A stretch of 64,000 bases of DNA from an uncultured Gemmataceae bacterium (GTDB lineage: Bacteria > Planctomycetota > Planctomycetia > Gemmatales > Gemmataceae), in assembly GCA_963750165.1 (NCBI GenBank), contig CAVVPN010000004.1:1276910-1340909 (forward strand). Direction: 5' to 3'. Positions 32,664 through 40,670 of this stretch are shown in pieces (the stretch's first letter is position 1; every line of letters begins with the position of its first letter). The notes beneath the pieces were generated by a model. The model had not been told where the DNA came from. It did no database searches and was given only the letters and a program-made list of their open reading frames with translations. The position numbers were made by a program, and so were the translations under genes.

Positions 32664-32949
32664 GTGGGGTACTCCCAAACGTCCACAAAACAAGGAAAAA
32701 AAGACAAGGAGAGATTCGGTAACGTTGCCGCGCAGCGCGGCGAACGGCGACGCAGCGTCGTTTGCGGACAGGAGCCCTGGCAGTGATTTGGAGAGGAGGC
32801 ACCCGTCCAGGTTGGCGGTTCGCAACCCCTTCCCCCGCCGCACCGTTCGATTGCGAGTACGAATGATGACGCTAGATGGGCTGGGAAGGCAACCCATCTA
32901 CTAATGAAAAGATTGTGAGCAGAAGGCTAGCGAATTGCAAGTATTTTTT

Positions 32950-32985
32950 CACTTTCCGACGGTTTTTCAGCGACCGTCGGAAGTG
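32950..32985. terminator. Probable intrinsic terminator for the minus-strand pyrK transcript
   Basis: Hairpin ttccgacggt...accgtcggaa just beyond the pyrK stop; no clear U-tract on the pyrK strand. Confidence 0.4.
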
Positions 32986-32994
32986 GACGAACAT

Positions 32995-33845
32995 TCACGC
33001 TCCGTCCGGCCAGGCCAGGGTGGCGGCGTCGAAGACGGGGCCATCCACACAAACGCGGCGGTAATCCCAGCCAGTTTCGGTGCGAACGGGCGTCACGCAA
33101 CTGAAACAGACGCCGACGCCACAGGCCATCGGCGTCTCCAGCGACAGGTGGCAGGGCACGGCCCACTGCGCCGCCAGGTCCGCCAGCGCCCGCAGCATTG
33201 GCTCGGGGCCGCAGCCGAATAATTGCAAGGGCCGTTCGTGCGGCGGCTGCGCTTTTAACAACTGCGTCACAAAGCCGTGGAAGCCGGCGCTGCCATCGTC
33301 CGTCGCCAGATACACGGTTGCGCCCGCTTGCCGAAAGTCCGCGACGCCCGCCGCCAGCTCGGCGCCGCGCACACCGTAGTAGACCGACACGCGATCGCAC
33401 TGCCGTCGCGCCGGCCGGCCGCCGTGGCCGGCGCCCCCAGCAACTCGCGGACGTGCGCCAGGAACGGCGTCTGACCGATGCCCCCCGCGACCAGGCCGAC
33501 GTGCTCCACGCCGTCCACGTCCGGGAAGCCATTGCCCAGCGGGCCCCAGACCTCCACCGCGTCGCCCGGCCGCAGCGCCGCCAGCAAGCCGGTCAGCTTG
33601 CCGACCACCAGGTAAACGATGTCCACCGCGCCTGGCTGGCCGTCGGCATCGGGCACCACGTCGTACAGGGCGAAGGGGCGGCCCAGCAGCGGATCGGTGC
33701 GGCCTGGCAGGCGCAGCATGACAAACTGGCCAGGCCGGATGGCGGCGGCCAGACCTGGGGCGTGCAGGCGCAGGCGGTAGGTGGAGCGGGCGAGCGGGAT
33801 GTTGTGGACGACGGCCGCGCATGTCTGGGTGAAGGGGGCGCTCAT
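32995..33845 (-). CDS. pyrK: Dihydroorotate dehydrogenase electron-transfer subunit; frameshift near 33425
   Basis: PGQFVML, RPFALY, GPLGNGF, AGGIGQTP, CGPEPML, MACGVGVCFSC...CVDGPVF. Confidence 0.85.
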
Positions 33846-34633
33846 GGCGTCGGTTGTCCGCGGCGGCCGGCGGCGCTCTCGGGGCGGCGGCGCGGTGGCG
33901 GCGTGGCGGCGTGGCTCAGAGCCAGGCGTTCGCCCGTGCTCAGACGCCGCGCCTTGCCGGTCGCCAGGCTGCCCAGCTCCACCGGCCCCAGGGCGATGCG
34001 CTTCAGCCGCATGACCTTGTGGCCCAGGCGCGCGAGCATGCGGCGAATCTCGCGGTTGCGGCCTTCGCTCAGGACCACGCGCAGCCACGTGCTCTCGCCC
34101 TGGCGCTTGAGGCGCTTGACCTGGCGGGCCTTGACGTGGCCATCGCTGAGCCAGACGCCCTTGAGGAGCTGGCGTAGATCGTCGGGCGTCGGGTTGCCGG
34201 CCACCTGCACCAGGTACGTCTTTTCGACGCCGAAGCGCGGGTGCATGAGACGGAAGGCGAGGTCGCCGTCGTTGGTCAGGAGCAGCAGGCCCTCGCTGTC
34301 CTCGTCGAGGCGGCCGACGGTGTAGACGCGCTGATCGACATGCGGCACCAGGTCGATGGCGCGTGGCCGGCCAGCGGGGTCGTGATTGGTACACAGGTAG
34401 CCGCGCGGCTTGTTCAGCAGCCAGTAAACGCGCTTCTCAGCCTTGACCTCGGCGCCGTCCAGGGCGACCTTCTGGCCCGGGGCGACGCGCGTGCCCAGGT
34501 CGCGGACGATGCGGCCGTCGAGGGTGATGCGGCCGGCGCGGATCAGGTCCTCGCAGTGGCGGCGTGAGCCGAGGCCGGCGTGGGCCAGCCACTTGTTGAG
34601 GCGGTCTTCGGGTGGGTGGTCGGCGGGCAACAC
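33842..34633 (-). CDS. rRNA pseudouridine synthase with S4 domain (RsuA/RluB family)
   Basis: RLNKWLAHAGLGSRR, NKPRG, VGRLDEDSEGLLLLTNDG, EGRNREIRRM. Confidence 0.9.
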   Translation of the reverse strand: MLPADHPPEDRLNKWLAHAGLGSRRHCEDLIRAGRITLDGRIVRDLGTRVAPGQKVALDGAEVKAEKRVYWLLNKPRGYLCTNHDPAGRPRAIDLVPHVDQRVYTVGRLDEDSEGLLLLTNDGDLAFRLMHPRFGVEKTYLVQVAGNPTPDDLRQLLKGVWLSDGHVKARQVKRLKRQGESTWLRVVLSEGRNREIRRMLARLGHKVMRLKRIALGPVELGSLATGKARRLSTGERLALSHAATPPPRRRPESAAGRRGQPTP

Positions 34634-34815
34634 GGCGGCAACTCCCGGGCGATGTGTGATTGGTGCGAGTTCGGGATGCCGGCGCAGCTGCGGAGCGGCA
34701 ATACGCTATTGTAGCGAGCATCGGCTACAGGCAAAGGGGCGGGGCGGGAGTAATCTGTCTTCCGATTACGTTTCGCGCACCGCTACCGCGCGAAACGCAA
34801 ACGGAAGTCGCTTTG

Positions 34816-34912
34816 GAGGCGCCGAACAACAACTTCGTAGGACGGCTCTCCAGAGCCGTCGGGACGGCTCTGGAGAGCCGTCCTACTCTTGGAAGTTGTT
34901 GTTCGGCGCCTC
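34816..34912. mobile_element. 97-bp MITE carrying a REP doublet
   Basis: Perfect 21-bp TIR gaggcgccgaacaacaacttc; CTTTG on both sides (34811-15, 34913-17); internal GTAGGACGGCTCTCCAGAGCCGTC doublet. Confidence 0.75.
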
Positions 34913-34996
34913 CTTTGAAAAAAATGTGTATCAACGGCGACCCGTTCGCGGCACTGTAGGGTGAGCGGTTCGCCGGGGACACGCCGAGGACATCGC

Positions 34997-36231
34997 ATGG
35001 CGACGAACCGAGCCCAGTGGGGCACGAACTTGCTCCGAGCCGTGCTCGGGCGCGACGCCGATGCCGAAACCGATGGGCACTTGCTGCGGCGCTTCCTGAC
35101 GCGGCGCGACGAGGGCGCGTTCGCGGCGCTGGTGCGGCGGCACGGGCCGATGGTGCTCGGCGTCTGCCGCCGCGTCCTGGGCAACGCCGCGGACGCCGAC
35201 GACGCCTTCCAGGCGACGTTTCTGGTGCTGGTTCGCAAGGGCCCCGCGCTACTGCCGCGTGCCGTGCTGGGCGATTGGCTGCACGGCGTGGCCCGCCGCA
35301 CCGCCCTCAAGGCCCGCGCCGCCGCGGCGCACCGGCGGATGAAGGAGCAGATGGCGGCGCGGCCCGAGCCGCAGACCGAACCGGGGCGCGACGACTGGCT
35401 GCCGCTGCTGGACGAAGCGCTGGCCCGGCTGCCGGAGAAGTATCGGCAATCCATTGTGCTGTGCGATTTGGAAGGCCGGACACGTGAGGAAGCGGCGGCG
35501 CTGCTGGGCTGGCCGCCCGGGACGGTGGCCGGCCGGCTGCGCGCGGCCGGGCGCTGCTGGCGAAGCGACTGCTGCGCGGTGCCCAGGGAATGTCCGGGCT
35601 GGCGGCGGTGGCACTGCCGGCGGAACTGGTTCATGCCACCGTGCAGGCGGCGGCGCTGGCGGTCGTGGGGGAGGCGGCGGCGCATGGGGCGCTGTCGGCA
35701 TCAGCGTTGGCACTCGCCCGGGAGGTGACGCGAGCCATGTTCTGGAACAAGGTCAAACGCGGCGTGGTCGTGGGGTTGCTGGCCGTTCTCGTTGCCGGCG
35801 CCGGCGGACTGGGTTATCACGGGCTGGCGGGCGAAGGACAGCCCACCCCCAAAGCCGATCCGCGCCTGGAAGTGGCCGCCCCGGCGGAACCGCAGGCGAT
35901 CAAGCAGCCGACCGAGCGCGACCGGGCCCTGGTGAAAGCCGCCCAGGACCAGTACGAGGCCCGTTTTAAGGAGTACGTTTCCGGCAAAACCACGATGGAT
36001 TTTGCCCTGCCGTGGTCCGAGAAGTTGCTAAAAGCGCAACTGCGGTTGAGCGAGCGCAAGGCCGACCGCGTGGCCGCCTACAAGGGACACCTGAAGCGGT
36101 TGCTGGACCTGGAGGACCAGGCCAAGCAGCGCGTCGATGCCGGCTCGACCGCCGCCTCGCAGTACTATCAGGTCCTCTACCACCGCATTGAGGCCGAAAT
36201 CTGGCTGGATGAGGTGCAGGGCAAGAACTGA
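34997..36231 (+). CDS. ECF sigma-70 factor with C-terminal TM and extension; frameshift near 35545
   Basis: AFAALVRRHGPMVLGVCRRVLG, DDAFQATFLVL, LPEKYRQSIVLCDLEG, PGTVAGRL. Confidence 0.87.
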
Positions 36232-36244
36232 GCGCTACCGCCGC

Positions 36245-36727
36245 TCACTTTTCCTCTGCTGCGGCGAAGGCAGCGCAGAGCGCCTCAATGCGGCGACGGT
36301 TGACACCGAGGTCCGAGTGCCCCAGCCGCGACGCCGAGCGGCAGTGGATCACCTGCGCCGACGCGTCCAGCACGCATTCCACATCGTCCACGAACCGCCA
36401 GACCAGCGTGGTCGCCTCGGCGCGCAGGTAGGTGTCCGTCGCCTCGACGACGTGGCTGCGCGGCAGGCTCTCCAGGGCGGTGCGCAGGCGCCGCCACGCC
36501 TGCTCCGGCGGCCCCGTGAACGTGATCGGCTCGACGGCATGGGCGGCGTCCGCGGCCTGGCTACAGAAGCAGTTGGGTTTGTCCGGGCAGGGCCGCAGTT
36601 TGCCGTCCTCCTGCACGCCCAGCGGCGGCGCCGGCGACGCCAGGCGGATCAGCACGAGCAGGGCAAGATAGCCCAGCGGCAGCAGCAGGAGCAGTGACCA
36701 CCACCACATAGTTCGTTTGCGGAGCAT
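36245..36727 (-). CDS. DUF1499 domain protein
   Basis: CPDKPNCFCSQ, FVDDVE, RSASRLGHSDLGVNRRRIE. Confidence 0.87.
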   Translation of the reverse strand: MLRKRTMWWWSLLLLLPLGYLALLVLIRLASPAPPLGVQEDGKLRPCPDKPNCFCSQAADAAHAVEPITFTGPPEQAWRRLRTALESLPRSHVVEATDTYLRAEATTLVWRFVDDVECVLDASAQVIHCRSASRLGHSDLGVNRRRIEALCAAFAAAEEK

Positions 36728-37194
36728 GGGTCGTTGGGCCAGGAACTTATTACACCCGGGCAGGGTCTTTTCTACAAGATTCGCCGCCGACGTGCGGGCG
36801 CAAACTACCCGCGAATTTTCTGCAAGTATCGCCGGAGCAGTGAGTTGCCATGTTGCTGCGGGCTGGGTCCTGGGATTGGCACAAGGCTTGCTTTTGACTC
36901 TCCCAACCTGACGACCTGGAAGCCAGGAGCAGGGGTTGCGATCACGAGGGCCGTTCCCCCCAACGGCCCTCCGGTTTCCCAACCGCAATGGAAGGACTGC
37001 TGGCGGAGGCACCCCCGACCTCCCGATCCACAACAGTCCTTCCCGATCGCACCCGCCCTGACGCCGGCTTCCGCCCGCCAACCGCCTACCCAAACTCCTA
37101 CCCGACCCCCGTTTTTCGGTCACCCGCTGCCCCCGGCGGGTGACCGTCTTTTTATTTCCCGGCCACTGCGCTCCATTCCCAGAGGTTGACCGTC

Positions 37195-37382
37195 TTGTTT
37201 TGCCCGCTGATACACCCCCCGGCGCCGATACAGGAAATGGCCGGCGATGCCCATGTCCAGCAAGTAACGCCTCATTCCCACATCCTCCGCAGTTCCTCTG
37301 CGTGCTTGAAGAAGTTCGCCTTTTCAAACTCCTTTTGGTCCTTTCGGGCCTGCTCCCACGCGGCTTCTTCCTCCGGCGTCAT
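37195..37382 (-). pseudogene. Probable remnant of a VapBC-like toxin-antitoxin pair
   Basis: MTPEEEAAWEQARKDQKEFEKANFFKHAEELRRMWE* (37272-37382) overlaps by ATGA with MRRYLLDMGIAGHFLYRRRGVYQRAK (PIN-like start), which soon degenerates. Confidence 0.55.
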
Positions 37383-37435
37383 CTCCAGCTGTTATCCTGC
37401 CAGTCGCCCGCGTTCCTCGCAAGCGCAACCGCCCG

Positions 37436-38074
37436 TCACTCCGCCCGCGGCAAATCCTGCAAACTCTTCAGCCCGTACCACTGCAAAAACTTCTTCGTCG
37501 TGCCGTACAGCATCGGCCGCCCCAGCGACTCGTCGCGGCCGGTGATGCGAATCAGCCCGCGCTCCATCAGCAGTTGCAGCACCTCACCACAGTGGACGCC
37601 GCGCACCGCCTCCACGTCGGCGCGCGTGATCGGCTGCCGATACGCGATGATCGCCAGCGTCTCGCGCGCCGCCGCGCTCAACCGCTGCTCCTGGCCGCGC
37701 TGCCGTAGCCGCGCCAGCCAGCGGTGGTACTCCGGCCGCGTCAACAACTGGTAGCCGCCCGCCAGCTCCTCCACCTGGAAGGCGGTGCTGTCCGCGTCGT
37801 ACAGCTCGCGCAGCCGCTGCACCAACCGCCGCGCCGCCGCCGCGTCCGGCAGTTCCGCCACCGCCGCCAGCTTCCGCGCCGCCAGCGGTTCGTCCGCCGC
37901 CAGCAGCGCCGCCTCCAGCCGCGCCAGCGCCGCGTCCCGCGCCAGCGGCTCCGCCGCCGTCGGCGTCGCCGGGGCCGTCGCGTCTCCCAGGCGCAACCGC
38001 CACGGCACCACGACATCGCCGGGACGCTGCGACACCAATCGCCGCGCCGCCGGGCCGTGGGTCGCTGGTCTCAT
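37436..38074 (-). CDS. scpB: SMC-Scp complex subunit ScpB
   Basis: LEAALLAADEPL, AGGYQLLT, LSAAARETLAIIAYRQPITRADVEAVRGV, GRPMLYGTTKKFL. Confidence 0.92.
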   Translation of the reverse strand: MRPATHGPAARRLVSQRPGDVVVPWRLRLGDATAPATPTAAEPLARDAALARLEAALLAADEPLAARKLAAVAELPDAAAARRLVQRLRELYDADSTAFQVEELAGGYQLLTRPEYHRWLARLRQRGQEQRLSAAARETLAIIAYRQPITRADVEAVRGVHCGEVLQLLMERGLIRITGRDESLGRPMLYGTTKKFLQWYGLKSLQDLPRAE

Positions 38075-38192
38075 TTGCGAACGCATTGCCTTTCCCTCCC
38101 GCCGCACGCTTGCCGCGTATCAGACCCGGCCATAAAGTAACGCCCGTCCCGAAGACTGACCAGTGTGCCATCGGCCCAGGGAGTCCGCCACG

Positions 38193-39470
38193 GTGCTGCC
38201 CGATCTGCTGAACGAGTGGTTCGTCCCGATCGCCGCCCTCGCGATTTTAGCGCTGGTGTCCGCCCTGCTGCTCATCACCTTCATGCTGGTGTCGGCCATC
38301 TTTTCGGTGTGGCTCGAACGCAAGGTCGCCGGCCGCATTCAGGACCGCCTCGGCCCCACGCGCGTCGGCGGCAAGTTCGGCTGGCTGCAAACCCTCGCCG
38401 ACGGCATGAAACTGCTCTGCAAGGAAGACATCATCCCCACCTCGGCCGACCGGCTGCTGTTCCGCTTCGGCCCGTACATCGCCCTGGCCGGCTCCTTCCT
38501 CGCGTTCCTGGCGCTGCCCTACGGCAACGGCGTTGTCGCCATCGACATGAACATCGCCGTGCTGTACATGCTCGCGGTCATGTCCACGGAGGTGTTTGGC
38601 ATCATCCTCGCCGGCTACGGCTCCGGCAGCAAGTGGTCGCTGTTCGGCGGCATGCGCGAGGCCGCCCAGATGGTCAGCTACGAGGTGCCGATGGCCCTGT
38701 GCGTGCTGGTGCCGATCATCGTCACCGGCACCATGAGCCTGAGCGCCACCGTCCACGTGCCCGACGGCGTGGCCTGGTACAACTCGCCCAGCGCCGTCTG
38801 GAACTGGTACGTGTTCCACGACCCGTTCACGTTCTGCGCCTTCTGGACCTACTACACCTGTGCGATGGCCAGCTGCAAGCGGGCACCGTTCGACCTGGCC
38901 GAGGCCGAGAGCGAGCTGGTCGCGGGCTTCCACACCGAATACAGCGGCTTTCGCTGGCTGACGCTGTTCATGGCCGAATACGGCAGCATGTTCGCGGTCA
39001 GCGGCATCGCCATCACGCTGTTCCTCGGCGGCTGGCACCTCGGCCTGCCGTGGGAGATGACCGACCTGTTCACGCGGCTGTTCGGCAGCGAGGCGGCCGG
39101 CATGATCGTTGGCAACCTGATTAACATCGTCGTCTTCATCCTCAAGGGCTGGTTCCTGGTGTTCGTGATGATGTGGGTGCGCTGGACGCTGCCGCGGCTG
39201 CGCATCGACCAGGTGATGATGACGTGTTTGAAATATTTGTTGCCGCTCAGCTGCGTGCTGCTGCTGGGCGTCAGCGTCTGGCGGCTGACGGTGCCGGCAG
39301 TGGTGCAGGACTACTTCAAGTACGCGATGTTCGCGCTGTGCCTGCTGGGCCTGGCGGCGTTCGTGCGTACGCTGATCGTGTTCGTCAGCGCCCCGCCGGG
39401 CAGCGCCATGCCGGGCATGTGGCGACTGGCCGGGCTGAGTGGCTATCAGGGGCAGAAGCAGAAGGTGTAA
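38193..39470 (+). CDS. nuoH: NADH-quinone oxidoreductase subunit H
   Basis: ERKVAGRIQDRLGP, PFDLAEAESELVAGFHTEYSG, PRLRIDQ. Confidence 0.95.
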   Translation: MLPDLLNEWFVPIAALAILALVSALLLITFMLVSAIFSVWLERKVAGRIQDRLGPTRVGGKFGWLQTLADGMKLLCKEDIIPTSADRLLFRFGPYIALAGSFLAFLALPYGNGVVAIDMNIAVLYMLAVMSTEVFGIILAGYGSGSKWSLFGGMREAAQMVSYEVPMALCVLVPIIVTGTMSLSATVHVPDGVAWYNSPSAVWNWYVFHDPFTFCAFWTYYTCAMASCKRAPFDLAEAESELVAGFHTEYSGFRWLTLFMAEYGSMFAVSGIAITLFLGGWHLGLPWEMTDLFTRLFGSEAAGMIVGNLINIVVFILKGWFLVFVMMWVRWTLPRLRIDQVMMTCLKYLLPLSCVLLLGVSVWRLTVPAVVQDYFKYAMFALCLLGLAAFVRTLIVFVSAPPGSAMPGMWRLAGLSGYQGQKQKV

Positions 39471-39475
39471 AACCT

Positions 39476-39669
39476 GGTTGTGGCACGATCACCCGGTTGA
39501 GGCACGGTCTCCCCCCGGTTGAGGCACGGTCTCCCCCGGTTGTGGCACGGTCTCCCGACCGTGCCACACAGGGCCGGACCGAAGGTCTCCAACAGGTGTG
39601 GAGACCTTCGGTCGGTGCCAGTGGCCTGGTCCGGAGACCAGGCCACAACCCAGGTGGCCACAACCCAGG
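39476..39669. repeat. Composite palindromic element with tandemly reiterated ends
   Basis: About 21-bp ggttg(a/t)ggcacggtctcccc repeats, then gaccgaaggtctcc...ggagaccttcggtc and gtggcctggtccggagaccaggccacaac; same family as 63482-63600. Confidence 0.8.
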
Positions 39670-39700
39670 TCCGCCGAAAAACGGCAGAGAGCAAGGACCA

Positions 39701-40347
39701 ATGGAAGAACTCCGGCCCTTTCTATTCTGGATCATCGCCGCCCTGACGGCGCTGTGCGCCCTGATGGTGGTGGTGTCACAGAACATCGTCCGCAGTGCCA
39801 CCTGGCTGCTGTTCACGCTTGGCGGCACTTCCGGCGTCTTTTTCCTGCTCGGGGCCGATTTCGTCGGTGCCACGCAGCTGCTCGTCTACGTCGGCGGCAC
39901 CCTGGTGCTGGTGGTCTTCGGCGTCATGCTCACCGCCCAGGGGCCGTTCATCACCATGCGGACCACCGCCCCGGAGTGGGCCATCTCCACCGTTGTCGGC
40001 CTGATGTTGCTCACTGTCCTGGCCGTCAGCGCCCTGTCGGCCGACGCGCCCTACCGCCTGCCGGAGCACGTCAAGAAGCACGGCCGGCAGCAACCCGTGG
40101 ACACCGAAGAAACCGCCGACGGCCGGTACAGCGAGCCGACCGCTAAATCGACCAGCACCGATACGCTCGGTCTGGGCTTTCTGGGCATCGGCGTCGGGCC
40201 GGTCCACCATCGAGAGGGCAAGGTGGGCCCGCTCGTCCGCACGCACTACTACCTGCCGTTCATCATCGTGTCGGTGCATTTGCTGGTGGTCCTGATCGGC
40301 GCTGCCTACCTGGCCCGCGCCAGCGCCGCCGGAGGGTGGTTTCCTGA
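39701..40347 (+). CDS. nuoJ: NADH-quinone oxidoreductase subunit J; frameshift near 40320
   Basis: ADFVGATQLLVYVGGTLVLVVFGVMLT; YYLPF..VSVHLLVVLIGAAYLAR. Confidence 0.9.
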
Positions 40348-40667
40348 TGAATCCCTACGTCATCGGCCTGGAACATTACCTCCTGCTGGGGGCCGTCCTG
40401 TTCGTCTGCGGGGCGGTGTGCATGGCCACCAAGCGCAACGCCATCGGCGTCTTGATCGGCGTCGAACTGGTGCTGAACGGGGCCAACATCAATTTCGTGG
40501 CCTTCGCGCACTACAACCCGGCCTTCGAGGTCGAGGGCATGATGTTCGCCGTTTTCGTGATCGTGCTGGCCGCGGCCGAGGCGGCGGTGGCCCTGGGCAT
40601 CGTGCTCAACTTTTACAACAACCACATGAGCGTGGACGTGGACACCGCCGAGGAACTGAAAGGATAG
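40347..40667 (+). CDS. nuoK: NADH-quinone oxidoreductase subunit K
   Basis: GVELVLNGAN, AAAEAAVALGI. Confidence 0.93.
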   Translation: MNPYVIGLEHYLLLGAVLFVCGAVCMATKRNAIGVLIGVELVLNGANINFVAFAHYNPAFEVEGMMFAVFVIVLAAAEAAVALGIVLNFYNNHMSVDVDTAEELKG

Positions 40668-40670
40668 GCG

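Noticed and set aside
36730..37120. Possible riboswitch or ncRNA in the long intergenic region
   Set aside because: No recognisable conserved motif by eye; an Infernal/Rfam scan would be needed.
39476..39560. CRISPR-like array
   Set aside because: Repeats are contiguous without unique spacers, and there are no cas genes in the window.
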